Positions 12,127-23,580 of a DNA stretch of 64,000 bases are shown piece after piece. A program made the translations under genes and the position numbers. This DNA is from Scenedesmus sp. PABB004. Taxonomy: Eukaryota. How positions within the stretch are numbered: position 1 is the first letter of the stretch; each line of letters starts with the position of its first letter. The stretch lies in NCBI GenBank assembly GCA_014905635.1, contig JABVCE010000008.1, forward strand, positions 1,178,001 through 1,242,000, read 5' to 3'. The notes beneath the pieces are model-generated. The model made no database searches. It was not told the DNA's origin and worked only from the letters and a program-made list of their open reading frames with translations.

Positions 12127-15100
12127 TCAGCCCGCGGCGTCCATGGCCGTCGCGCTGCCGCCGTCGCCCGTGGGCGCCGCCGCGCCGGGCGCGGCCACAA
12201 ACTCGGCGCCCGCGCCCGCCGCGGCGGCGGGCGTGCCGGCCAGGCCCGGCACGAGGTCGTCGTCGCCGTCGCCCTCCTCCGTCAGCATCTTGCCGCCTGC
12301 GCCCGCGCCCGCGCCGCGCGCGCCGCCGCCCCACATGTCCTCGCCGGCGTCCACCTGCGGGCGCGGGGCGGCGCGCGTCAGCGCCGCCGCCGCCGCTGGC
12401 GCCGCCGTGCTGGCCGCCCCGCGCCGCCCCCGCGCCGCGGCGCCGTGCCTGCATGTCCTCCGGCTCCTCCTCCACGGCGAGCCGCAGGTACTCGCCGCGC
12501 GCGAAGCGGTCCCAGTCGCTGAGCGGCTGGCCCTCGTCGCCGAGCTGCTCCGCGCGCAGCGCAAAGGGGTCGCGGTTCTCGTAGGCCATGAACTTGTGGA
12601 GGTTGAACATCGTGTTGAACAGCAGGCTGCTCGCCGGCCGCGTGCGCCGCACGTCTGCGACGCCGGGGCGGCGGCGGCGCGCGCGTCGGCGCGGCGCGGC
12701 GCTGGCGCGCCCGCCGACACTCTTCGTGCCGCTCCGCGCCCGCGGCTGCCGCGCCGGGGCCGCGGCTGCCGCGCCGGGGCCGCACCCGCGAGCGTGTAGC
12801 AGCCCTCGCGCTCGGGCTGCAGCATGTCGTGCAGCTGGCAGAGCACGTCCTCAAACAGCACCGGCTCCTGGGCGGCGGCGGCGCATGGGGCACGGGCGGC
12901 GGCGCGCGGGCGTGTCGGCGCCGCGGCCGCGGCTGCGGTGCGGGGCCCGCGCCCGCCGCGCCGCCTGCTTGCTGCGCGCCGCACCTGGCTGAGGCCCTCG
13001 AGGCGCTTCATCTGCTCCTCGTAAAAGTGCCACATCTCGCTCGGCGTGATCACGCCGTCGCAGTCGAGGTCGGCGCACCTGGCGCGGCGGCCGGCGGCTC
13101 AACCGCCGCGCGTGCAGCGCGGTGCTGCGCGTGCGCCCAGGCGCACTCCCCCGCGCACGCGCGCCGCACGCCCCCCACGGAGAGGGCCCGAGGGCCCCAC
13201 GCGCGCGAGCACGCACACGCACACACGCGCACCTGAACCAGTACTCCATCGCCGTCTCTGTCGTCTTGTCCTCCTCGCTGAGGATGAACCAAACAAAGTC
13301 CTCGTACCCCATCTTGCCCGGCACGCCGCTGCTGAACTTGCGCGGCGCCTGGCGCGGCGCGGCGCGGTGCGCGTTGCGGGTGAGGACGCGTCGCGGGTGA
13401 GGCACGGCGCCGGCGCCCGCGCCCGCCGCCTGCCCTGCCGCCGCGCGCCCTCAAACACGCCGTCATGCACGCCGCGCGCCGCACCTCCTCGAAGATGCGC
13501 TCCACGATCTGGTACGTGAGCCCGCAGTTGGCGTAGCGCGCGAGGTCGGTGCGGTCGAGGCTGAAGTCGTGGTCGCTGTCGAGCTCCCAAAACTTGCAGT
13601 ACACGACGTAAAAGTGCTCGTAGCTGAAGTAGCGGCTCACGCGGTTGATGTCCTCCTCCCGCTCCAGCGCAAAGAGCGCGTCGAGCAGGTCGCTGCGCCG
13701 CAGCTCGCGGAAGCTCATGCGCCCGCTGCCAGACCTGCGCGTGTGTGCGCGTGCGTGCGTGTGTGTGTGTGGGGGGGGGGGGTGCAAGCAGTGTCGGCGC
13801 GCCGCCGCGCTGCCGCCCGCGCGCCCGCGGTGCGCTGTGTGCTGTGCTGTGCTGTGCTGTGCTGTGTGCTGTGTGCTGTGCTGTGCGTGCTGTGGTCGCG
13901 CCTGTTGATGGTGTAGAAGATGCGGTAGATGACCGTCTCCGCGTAGCGCGCCTGGAACTCGGGCGTGTCGGCGAGGAACTCGAGCCCGGGGTGGTACTGC
14001 AGCACCGCCTGGGCGCGCGCGCGTGGGCGGGGGCCGGGGGCGGGAGACGCGGGTGGGCAGGGTGAGAGGGGGCGGGTGGGGGCGGGGGAGAGAGAGGGGG
14101 CGGGGGCAGAGGAGGGAGAGAGGGCAGAGCGCAGGGCTGGCCGCGCACCTGCAGCAGCGGGCGGAAGTCGGCGTAGGTGAGGTGCTGCTTGCCGTCGGGG
14201 CGCAGCACCTCCCACAGCCGCCGCGTCGCGGGCGCCGACACGAGGCCGCGGCTCGTCCACCAGCCCACAAACGCCTCCTTGCTGACCAGCCGCGCGGGCG
14301 ACGCCGACACGAGCCGCTCAAACCAGGGGTGCGCCAGGATGGTGGGCAGCTGGCACACCTGTCGCCGCGCGCGCGCGCGCGGGGGGGGGGGGGGGGGGGC
14401 ATCAGGCTCCGCACGCGCGTCCCCCCGAGCGCGTGCCGCCCGGCGCAGGCCGTTGCCGCGGCGCTGCTGCGCCGCCGTGCCGCCCGCCGCACCTCCTGCA
14501 CGACGGCGCTGAACTGCTCGAGGTTGAGCCCCGCGGGGTGGGGGTCGAACAGCGCGTTCACGCGCGCCGCAAACAGCGCGCGCACGTCGTCCGACACCGG
14601 CGCCGCGCCGCCGGGGAAGTAAAACTGCGGGATGGCCGCCAGCGGCGCCTGGCGCGCGCCGGGCGGCGGCGGCGGCGTGCGCGCGGGCGCGTGAGCGCGG
14701 GAGAGCGCGCGCGCCGCAGGCCCGCGGCGCGGGCCGCGCGGGGGCGGCCGCGCGCGCGCGCGGCGCCCGCGAGCGCGCACCCGCCGCAGCGTGCTGCTGC
14801 AGGTGTGCCGCCGCGCGGGCGACATGGGCGAGCATGGCGAGCGGCACTTCTGCGGCGACAGCGGCGGCTGCGCGGCAGCGGCGGCGGGCGGCGCGGGTGG
14901 GCGCGGGTGCGTGCGCGCGCCTCGCGCCGGCCGCCGGCCGTGCGACTTTTCGTGCCGCCGCCGCCGCCGCCGGCCGCCGGCCGCCGCCGGCCGCCGGCCG
15001 CCGGCCGCCGGCCGCGCCTCGCACCGTCGACGCAAAGATGGCGTGCGACGTGGTCGGCGAGAGGGGCGTGTTGAAGCTGCTGCTGCTGCTGCTGGGGCCC

Positions 15101-15657
15101 TTGAGGGCCCTGCCCGCCTTGGCGTCCTCCACCAGCCCCGACACCTGCGCGCGGCGGGAACTCGTTTGAGCGCCCGCACGCGCCGCCGCGGCCGCCGCAG
15201 CGGCTGCAGCGGCGCGCCGGGCCGGCCCGGCGCCTGGCGCAGCGCGGGCGGGCGTCCTGCGCGGCCCCCGCGGCGCGTCGCGCCCGCCCGCCGGCGCCCG
15301 CCGCGCATGGGCCGCCCTCCCCGCGCGCTCGGCGGCGCCGCACCAGCGCCTGGCTGTCCGGGAGGGAGAGCCACTGCAGGAAGAGCTGGTCGAGCTTCAG
15401 CTTGGCGCAGGGGTACATGGGATGGCTGTCCAGGCTCTTGGGGCCGGCCGCCGTCGCGCCTGGCGCGCGGCGCGGCGCGGTTCGGGCTCGGGGGGCGCGC
15501 CCCCGAGGCCCCGCACCCGCAGCTGCGGCGGCGGGCCGCCCACGCGCCGCGCGGCGCGGGCAGCGCGCGCGCAGCAGCCTGGCGCGCGCTGGCGACGCGC
15601 GCGCGCACCGTGCTCCGCCGCGCCCGCGTGAGCGCCGCCGCCGGCTTCAGCCTCCAT
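12127..15657 (-). CDS. PP2A regulatory subunit B'' (EF-hand; about 13 exons)
   Basis: [109 protein letters not shown]. Start ATG at 15657 joins in frame via a GT-AG intron. Confidence 0.92.
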
Positions 15658-16076
15658 GACGCCGGGCGCCCGACACGCCGCCGACACGCTGCGCGCCGAG
15701 CAGCAGCGCGCTGCTGATTCGCGGGCCCGCCGCCCGCTGCGCGGCGTCCAGGGGGCCCCACAGCGCGGCGTGCGCGCTGGCGCAGCGGCCCGGCGGCGGG
15801 GCGCGAGGGCGGGGCAGGGAAAGGAGTTGAAAGGCGCTGAGTTTGAGGAGCCGAGTTCGTCGCGCGCTCCCCGGCCGCGTGAGCTCGGCGGTGAGACCAG
15901 CGTGAGCGAGCGAGCGACTGGGCGCGGCGGGCGGCGGGCGGAGGCGGCAATTCAGCAGCAGGCAGTGGAGCGGACACGCGTCGACACAAAACCAAAACCA
16001 CCAGACAGAGAGCAATGGCCCGATTACGTCCGCCATGCCGCGCCCGGGTCCACCGCCGCCCGCCGCCCGCCGCGCC

Positions 16077-18428
16077 TCAGCAGCGCGCCGCGAGCAGCTG
16101 CCGCGCCGCGGCGTCGTGCCCCGCCTTGCGCGCGACGTCCGCCGGCGTGTCGCCCGCGGCGTCGAGCACGCGCCCCGCCACCGCCGCCGCGCCGTGGCGC
16201 AGCAGCAGGCCCAGGAACTGCTCGCAGCCCTTGCGCGCTGCGACGTGCAGCGCGGTCTGGCCGTAGCGGTTGCCCGCCGAGAGCAGCCGCGACACGCCGC
16301 CGGCGCCGCCGGCGGCGCGCAGCAGGCAGGCCGCGACGTCGACGCGGTTCGCGACCGCGGCGGCCATGAGCGGCGTCCACGCGTCGCCGTAGCGCGCGGG
16401 GTGCAGCCAGTCGGTGCCCGCGGCGGCGAGGTGGCGCAGCAGCGCCTCCACCACGCCCACGTGGCCGCGCAGCGCCGCGATGTAGAGCGGCGCCTCGCCC
16501 GCGGTGTTGCGCAGCAGCGGCTCCGCGCCGCCGGCCAGCAGCGCGCGCACGGCGGCGCCGCGGCCCGCCTCGGCGGCCGCGAAGAGCGGCGTCGCGCCGC
16601 TCGCGTCGCGCGCGTCGGGCGCCGCGCCCGCGCGCAGCAGCGCGCGCGCGTGCGCCGCGCACCCGCCCGCCGCCGCGAGGTGCAGCGGCGTGCTGCGCCC
16701 GCGGTTGCTGCAGTTGACGGCGCAGCGCAGCGCCAGCTCGACGCACGCGGGGTGCAGGCGCGCGCCGCCGCTGCCAGCACCAGCGCCCGCGCCGGCCCGC
16801 CGCTCCAGCGCGTCCGCGACCGCCGCGGCGCAGCTAAAGTCCCACACGCGCGGCGGCGGCGGCGCCGCCGCCGGCGATGCGGCCTCGCCGCCGCGGCGCA
16901 GGGCCGCCAGGCGCGGCAGCGCGGCGCGCAGCCAGCCCGCGACGCCGGGCGGCAGGAAAGTGACCTCGAGCACCGCCAGGCGCGGCAGCAGCGCGGCCGC
17001 GCACGCCAGCGCCAGCGCCGTGCCGCGCGCCGCCGCGAGCGCCGCCGGCGAGGGCTCGCTGCGCTGCAGGAGCTGGCGCTGCACGCGGCTGTTGGCCGCC
17101 TCGCGCTCCAGCAGCAGCCCGCGCCGGGGCCGGCCGCTGCGCGGCGCGGGCGGGCCGGCGCCTGCTGCCGCGTCGCCGCCGCAGCAGGCGCAGGGGCCCA
17201 GCCCGCAGGGGCCCGGCCTGTCGTCGCCGCCGGTGCAGCAGCTGCTGAGCTGCTCCCATGCCAGCACCTCGGGCAGCTGCAGTGCGTCCGCCAGCTGCTG
17301 CAGCGCGGGCGGCAGCTCCGCGCCGCCCGCCGCCGCTGGCGCGCCGCCGCCGCCGCCGCTGCCGCCGCCTCCGCCGCTGCCGCTGCTCCCGTCGCCTCCG
17401 TCGCTGCCGGCGTCCGCGCTCGGCGGCTCCGCCGCCGCGCCTGGCGCGCCGGCCGGCCGCCACGGCACGCTGAGGGTGCTGCCGCCGATGAGGAGCAGCT
17501 CAAGCTGCGGGCAGGCCGCCGCCAGCGCGAGCAGGCCCTCCGCGGACAGCTGGCAGTTGTTCAGCACGGCGACGCGCAGCCCGCCGGCCGCGCCCGCCGC
17601 CAGCGGCGGCGCGAGCGGCGTGGGCAGGCGCACGAGCGCCGCCCGCGCGAAGCGCTGCGCCGCGCAGAGGAGCGCAGCGGCGGCGGCGGCCCCACCGCCG
17701 CCCGCCGTGGCGCCACCGCCCGCCGCGGCGTTGGGCCACGCCAGCAGGTCGAGGTGGCTCAGCGCGACGCACTGCAGCGCGCTGGCGCCGCAGCTCGCGG
17801 CCACCAGGTCGGAGAGGCACCGAGCGTCGAGCTGGAAACACCGCTGCAGGCTCACGCACGCAAGCGCAGAGCGCCGCGCCTCGGCCTCCCGTGCGAGCCC
17901 GCCGCCGCCCGAGAGCGCCGCCGCCACGTCGCGCGGCTGCAGCTTCTTGCAGCCCGCCAGGTCGGCCACCTCCAGCGCGCCCAGCCCCGCCGCGAGCGCG
18001 GCGACGTGGCGGCCCTCGAGCGGCAGGCCGCGCAGGTCGAGGCGCGCCGTGCCGGGCAGGTGCTTAACCACGCCGGCCACCAGCTCGTCCAGCCGCGCCG
18101 CGTGCGCGGGGTTGCAGAGCGTGGCGCGCTGCGCCGGCGTGACGCGCAGGCTCACGCGCGCGCCGCGCGCCGCCGCCGCGAGGCCCCGGCTGGCGAGCAG
18201 CACCGCGACGACGTCGGCCGGAGCACCGTCCGTGGACAGGCCCGCCACGATGGCCGACAGCATCTCAACGGGCAGCTCGCGCAGCGCAAACGGCTCCGCC
18301 GCCGACTGCTGTTGCTGCTGCTCGGCGTCCGCTGCGCAGCGCCCCGCGTCGGCCCGCTGCGCGCTGCGGCCACCCCCCGGCACGAACACGGCCGCGTGCG
18401 GGTTCAGGCCGCTGCGGGAGCGCGCCAT
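16077..18428 (-). CDS. Intronless 783-aa protein: PAM2 motif, F-box-like segment, LRRs and C-terminal ankyrin repeats
   Basis: SGLNPHAAVFVP; LRELPVEMLSAIVAGL; LEVADLAGCKKL, LACVSLQRCFQL, LRVAVLNNCQL; STPLHLAA, GATPLFAAA, GEAPLYIAA, WTPLMAAA, GQTALHVAA, GDTPADVA. Confidence 0.85.
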   Translation of the reverse strand: MARSRSGLNPHAAVFVPGGGRSAQRADAGRCAADAEQQQQQSAAEPFALRELPVEMLSAIVAGLSTDGAPADVVAVLLASRGLAAAARGARVSLRVTPAQRATLCNPAHAARLDELVAGVVKHLPGTARLDLRGLPLEGRHVAALAAGLGALEVADLAGCKKLQPRDVAAALSGGGGLAREAEARRSALACVSLQRCFQLDARCLSDLVAASCGASALQCVALSHLDLLAWPNAAAGGGATAGGGGAAAAAALLCAAQRFARAALVRLPTPLAPPLAAGAAGGLRVAVLNNCQLSAEGLLALAAACPQLELLLIGGSTLSVPWRPAGAPGAAAEPPSADAGSDGGDGSSGSGGGGGSGGGGGAPAAAGGAELPPALQQLADALQLPEVLAWEQLSSCCTGGDDRPGPCGLGPCACCGGDAAAGAGPPAPRSGRPRRGLLLEREAANSRVQRQLLQRSEPSPAALAAARGTALALACAAALLPRLAVLEVTFLPPGVAGWLRAALPRLAALRRGGEAASPAAAPPPPRVWDFSCAAAVADALERRAGAGAGAGSGGARLHPACVELALRCAVNCSNRGRSTPLHLAAAGGCAAHARALLRAGAAPDARDASGATPLFAAAEAGRGAAVRALLAGGAEPLLRNTAGEAPLYIAALRGHVGVVEALLRHLAAAGTDWLHPARYGDAWTPLMAAAVANRVDVAACLLRAAGGAGGVSRLLSAGNRYGQTALHVAARKGCEQFLGLLLRHGAAAVAGRVLDAAGDTPADVARKAGHDAAARQLLAARC

Positions 18429-18879
18429 GGCGGCCGCTGGCCCACGCGTCGAGCTCCGCTGCCGCCGCTGCCGCTGTCGCTGCCGCTGCTCGCTGCGACG
18501 CGCGCGGGGTGCAGGCCGCCCGCGGCGGCCCGCCCGCGCGGGCGCGCGGCCCCCCGCCGCCCGGCTCGCGCTGGCTCGAGCGCAAGTTCAGCTTGGGCGA
18601 GGAGGAGGAGAGGAGGAGCGCGGCCGCTGGTGGCCGCTGGAGGGTGGGTGTGCTGGCGATGAGGTCGAGGGAGTGGCCCCGAAACGCGGGGGCGGCCGGG
18701 TTGGACACGGCGCGGCGGCGGCGCGCCAGCGGGCAGCGGCGCGCGTCGCTAACTCCCAGCGGTCGATTCCTATCTGCTTGCTTGCCAAGCAAGTCGGTGG
18801 TTTCGGTGGTTTCCGGTGCGGCGTTCCTCGGCGCCGTGCCCGCCCGTCACGCGGCGCCGCCCCGCGCCCGCCCCCGCGC

Positions 18880-20224
18880 TCAGTTGCCGGCGCCGCCGTC
18901 GAGGGTGCCGGTGCTGTTGAGAATGTCCTCCAGCCCGCCCGCCATGCGCTCCGCGACGCCGCCGACCTCGGCGGTGCGGCTGCGCGGCGGCGCGGCGCGC
19001 GTGAGGCAGGCACGCCCGCGGCGCAGCGCGGCGCAGCGGCGCGGCCCCGCACATGCGCACGACGTCGGCCACGGGGTGCACGAAAATCTTGCCGTCGCCG
19101 ATCTCGCCCGTGTGCGCAGACGTTGCCACTGCGGCGCGGCGCGGCGCGTGGGCCGCCGGCGCGGGGCCCCGGGGCTTCGCCGCGCGCCGCGCCTGCGCCC
19201 GCCGGCCGCCGCCGCCGCCGCCGCACCTGTGCGGACAACCAGGTCGACCTGCTCCCTGCGCGCGCGGCGCGGCGGCGGCGGCCGCGCGCGGTCGGCGGTG
19301 CCGCGCCGCGGCTGTCGCGACGCTGCGCCGCCGCCGCCGCCGCGCCGGGGGGCGCGCACCTCACGACCACGATCTCCACCTTGCTCTTCTCGACCAGATC
19401 TGTCAGGCTGAACTCGGTGCCGCCGTAGCGCTCCTTGTTGCCTGCGCGCGCGGCGCGTGCGGGCGCCGCACGCGGCTCGCCGATGCCCCCGCGCCCCCGC
19501 GGCGCAACGGCGCGCTCCGGCTGCGGCTGCGGCTGCGGCTGGCGCCGCGCACGCACCGCCCTGCATGCCCACGCCGCGCACGGGCGTGGCGGTCATGCCC
19601 CGGATGCCGGCGTCGCCGAGCGCGTTGATGACGTACGGCAGCCGCCACGGCCGCACGATGGCCTGCGCGCGCGCCACGCGGCGGCGGCGCCCGCCGGGGC
19701 GCGCTCGCCCACGGCGCGCGCTCGGCCACGCCCACGCCGCAGGCCGCCGGCCAGCCCCCCGGCGCGCGCTGCGCGCGCCGCCGCCGTGCCGCGCGCGGCG
19801 GCGCCGCACCTCGACCCTGAAGAAGCTGCAGTTGGGGAAGGCGCTGAGGTCGCACGCGATGCCCTCGAGCTCCTTGTACGACGCGCTGTGCGCCGCCGCG
19901 GCGGCGGCCGCGACGCGCCGCCGCGGCGCCGGTGCCGCCGCGCCCGCCGCCGTGCTGCGAGCGAATGCGGCGTGTGTGGTCGTGTGGGTGAGTGGGGTGA
20001 GTGTGTGGGAAGCGAAGCCGCCGGACGCGCGCGACGGCGGCGGCGGCGGCGGCGGTGCCGATGCGGCGCGCGCCGCTGCTCGCGCCGCAACCCTAAGCTG
20101 CTGCTGCCGGCCTGGCGCTGTTGCCGAGGACTCACAGATCGCCCGCGCGTGTCCGCGCGCACCTGCAGCGCCCCGCCCGCGCCGGCAGGCGCGCGGGGCA
20201 CCGGGCAGCAGCAGCGAGCGCCAT
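18880..20224 (-). CDS. GLB1: Plastid PII nitrogen signalling protein with C-terminal Q-loop (7 exons)
   Basis: Transit-like N-terminus; [74 protein letters not shown]. Confidence 0.95.
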
Positions 20225-20580
20225 CCTGAGTGCCTGCCGCTCTCTCGCTCGTCGAGCGTCCCGCGAGCGCTCAGTCGTCGCAGCAGGATCCGCCGTTCTC
20301 GGGGCTGCTCGCGGTGCGGCGTGGGCGGTGCTGGGGCGCGGCAGCAGGGTCCAAGCCGAGTGTTCTCGCTGCGGGGCTTCCACGCTCAGGCGCCACACTG
20401 GCGACCACCACCTCAGCACCACCAGCTCCCACCAGCTCCCCCCAGCTGCGGCGCAGCGGGCCCCCCCCCCCTCCGCCGACAGCGGCGGCAGCGAGCGCGC
20501 AGCGGTTGCGGCCCCGCCGCGCGTGCGCCGGTCCGGGGCGGCCCGCGCCGAGCTCATGCCGCGGCCGTGAGCGCGCCAGC

Positions 20581-21573
20581 ATGGCCACCGCACGGCAGCG
20601 CCTGCTCAAGGCGCGGCGCGGCGGGGGCCGCCAGCGCGCTGCTGCTCCGCCGCCCGCGGCGCCGCCGCTGCCCGCCTCACGGCGCAGCGGGCGCCGCCGC
20701 AGGAGTACAAGGAGGTCTCGCGCGCGCGGCCGGGGGACACGGGCATCACGCTCCTGCCCAACGAGGCCAACCTCTTTGTCTGGCGCGCGCTGCTCAAGGC
20801 GCGGCGCGGCCGCTGCACCGCGCCGCGACGCGCGCTCGCAGGAGCGGAGCGCGCCTGCGCACCCGCGTGCCCGCGCACGCCCGCGACGCGCGCCGCCGCG
20901 GCCGCCGCCGCCGCCGCCGCGCGCAGGGCCCGAGCGAGACGCCGTTTGAGGGCGGCACGTTTGAGCTGGCGATCAGCGTGCCAGAGCAGTACCCGCTCGT
21001 GCCGCCGGCGGTGCGCTTCCGCACCAAGATCTTCCACCCTAACGTGCACTTCAAGGTTGGGCGGCGGGCCGCGGGCGGGCCGCGGGCGGGCCGCGAGGCA
21101 GGGCGCCGCCCTGCCGCAGTGCTGTGCGCCCGCGCGCGCCGCGCACGCCGCGCCCGCCGCCGCCGCGCAGACGGGCGAGATCTGCCTGGACATCCTCAAG
21201 ACCGCGTGGAGCCCCGCGTGGACGCTGCACAGCGTGTGCCAGGCGGTGATGGCGCTCATGAGCGACCCAGCGCCAGACAGCCCGCTCAACTGCGACGCGG
21301 GTGAGTCCGCAGCCGCCGCGCGCGCACGCGCGGCGCGGCAGCCCTGCGCGCGCGGGGCCGAGCGCCGGCGGCGGCTGGGCAGGCGGCGCCCGAGCTCGAG
21401 GCGGCGCGCGTGCACTCACCGCGCGCACCGCGCTCACCAAGCTCACCGCGCGCCGCCGCGCGCGGCGCACCGGGGCAGGCAACCTGCTGCGCGGCGGCGA
21501 CACGCGCGGCTACAACTCGCTGGCCAAGATGTACACGCTTGAGTGCGCGGCGGCGCCGGGGCCCGCAGCCTGA
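20581..21573 (+). CDS. PEX4: PEX4/UBC21-like ubiquitin-conjugating enzyme E2
   Basis: Exons 20581-20610, 20703-20798, 20927-21055, 21171-21300, 21479-21573 give [68 protein letters not shown]. Confidence 0.92.
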
Positions 21574-21937
21574 GCAGGTGGCGCCGGGCCAGCCCGCGGC
21601 GCACGCGGGGGCAGGCGGCGGCGGGGGTTGAGCGTGAGGGGCCAGCAGCACGACGCCGCCTGGCTGCGTGCGTGCGTGCGTGCGTGAGTGTGCGCGTGCG
21701 TGCGTGCGGCAGCGCTCGCACACCCCGGAGAGCGTGCCCGCCGTCGGCGGCGGCGCGCTGGAGGCAACTTGCGCTCGGTGGCGGCGATGCACGGTGCGGT
21801 GCAGCTCCCCGCCGCCGCCTGCCCGCGTGCACAGGGGGCTGGGGCGCGCGCGGCAGCCCCCCGGGCCCCCTGATGAGCATGATGACGGGTTTAGGGGCCC
21901 CAGCCCGCCTGGCTGGATAAGCCCTAAACCCTAAAAA

Positions 21938-22009
21938 GGGGAACTGGGGGAATCGAACCCCCGACCTGTCCGACCCGAACGGACAATCATACCACTAGAC
22001 CAAGTTCCC
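21938..22009 (-). tRNA. tRNA-Pro(CGG), copy 1
   Basis: GGGAACT-TGGTCTAGTGGTATGATT-GTCCG-TTCGGGT-CGGAC-AGGTC-GGGGG-TTCGATT-CCCCC-AGTTCCC-C (72 nt), paired stems, A and B boxes, upstream CAA, TTTTT terminator. Confidence 0.93.
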
Positions 22010-22811
22010 GGGTTGGCATACCACTGCGCGGGTCTTGTCGACGGGAACAGGCGGCGCGGCGCCGTCAGCACTTCGCACGCCTGCCCGGTGTGCGTGGGAG
22101 CCCGCAGATCACCCCGCGCGCTCTGCACGTGCCGTGCTGCGACTCTGCACTCCCGGTCAGGCCCCGCTGCCATGCGCGCACACGGGTGGGCGGGGCCGGC
22201 CGGCGGGCAGCGGCCACTGCGGGCGCGCGAGGGCAGAGGCGCCGGCGTGGGGCGCCGCGCCGCCAAGGTCGGGCGCGGAGAGCCGCGGCGCGGCGCTGTC
22301 GGGCCCGCCGCCTGACGCGCACGTGCGCTTCACGGAGCACGCGTGTGCGCGCGCGCACGCGCCAGCCCTCAGCTCCCTGACGCCGCGCCGCAGCCGTATG
22401 CACGGCGCGTGCTCAACCCGCTTGGCTGCCGGCAGCCTCTCGGTGGCGGACACGTGCAGAACTCCCTGCCATGGCCGCGCACCGCTCCATGCGCGCGATG
22501 GGCTGGACCTCGCGGTGGCGCTCGCCTCCGCCCTGTGGCTGCCGCACGCCCCGCGCCCCTCCAGGCCGCCTGCCGCGGCTGCCGCGGCTGCAGGCGTGTC
22601 GCCCGACGCGATGTGTCGGGCTGGCCAGCCCCAACCGTGCGCGTCTGCTCCCGGCCGAGGCAGCTGCAGGAGGACCAGGGGGCAGCGGGCAGGAGCAGAC
22701 ATCGGCCGGCCGGGGGCCAGATCGGCCAGGTGCGCACGCGCCGCGCAGCCCGACCGGCGCAGTCGTCCTTGCCCTGCCCCGAGCCCCCGGCCGGTTTGAC
22801 CTTGCGCGCGC

Positions 22812-23143
22812 GGCGGTCATGGGCGCTCGTGGAGCGTCCCAGCGCCGAACAGCCCGCTCAACTGCGACGCGGGTGCGCCGCCGGCCGCCGCGCGCGCACG
22901 CGCGGCGCGGCAGCCCTGCGCGCGGGGCCGAGCGCCCGCGCCGGCGGCGGCTGGGCCGGCTGCGCCCGGGGCGGCGCACGCGCGCTCACCGCGCGCACCA
23001 AGCTCACCGCGCGCCGCCGCCGCGGCGCACCGGGGCAGGCAACCTGCTGCGCGGCGGCGACACGCGCGGCTACAACTCGCTGGCCAAGACTCGCTGGCCA
23101 AGACACGCTCGAGTGCGCGGCGGCGCCGGGGCCCGCGGCCTGA
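22812..23143 (+). pseudogene. Degenerate PEX4 exon 4-5 fragment, copy A
   Basis: Homologous to 21242-21573, with indels in the exon 4 part and a tandem duplication of ACTCGCTGGCCAAG in exon 5; no start codon or upstream exons. Confidence 0.85.
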
Positions 23144-23509
23144 GCAGGTGGCGCCGGGCCAGCCCGCTGCGCACGGGGGCAGGCGGCGGCGGGGGTTGAG
23201 CGTGAGGGGCCAGCAGCACGACCCCCGCCTGGCTGCTGCGTGCGTGCGTGCGTGCGTGAGTGTGCGCGTGCGTGCGTGCGGCAGCGCTCGCACACCCCGG
23301 AGAGCGTGCCCGCCGTCGGCGGCGGCGCGCTGGAGGCAACTTGCGCTCGGTGGCGGCGATGCACGGTGCGGTGCAGCTCCCCGCCGCCGCCTGCCCGCGT
23401 GCACAGGGGGCTGGGGCGCGCGCGGCAGCCCCCCGGGCCCCCTGATGAGCATGATGACGGGTTTAGGGGCCCCAGCCCGCCTGGCTGGATAAGCCCTAAA
23501 CCCTAAAAA

Positions 23510-23580
23510 GGGGAACTGGGGGAATCGAACCCCGACCTGTCCGACCCGAACGGACAATCATACCACTAGACCAAGTTCCC
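23510..23580 (-). tRNA. tRNA-Pro(CGG), copy 2 (one G missing from the T-stem; pseudo-tRNA or homopolymer error)
   Basis: Identical to copy 1 except GGGG instead of GGGGG before TTCGA (71 nt). Confidence 0.75.

Noticed and set aside
13833..13893. (CTGTG)n tract and other short repeats (2310-2347, 11415-11440, 14971-15012)
   Set aside because: Ordinary intronic or UTR microsatellites.
21922..21937. Telomerase RNA template (CCCTAAACCCTA)
   Set aside because: No recognisable snRNA-type promoter or supporting structure; the same motif also occurs in introns.
21879..21950. C/D snoRNA or tRNA-snoRNA dicistron (ATGATGA box C-like)
   Set aside because: No CTGA box D at a suitable distance, and it lies on the strand opposite the tRNA.
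23525..23540. Copy-specific tRNA inactivation
   Set aside because: A single-base loss in a homopolymer cannot be told from sequencing error without reads.
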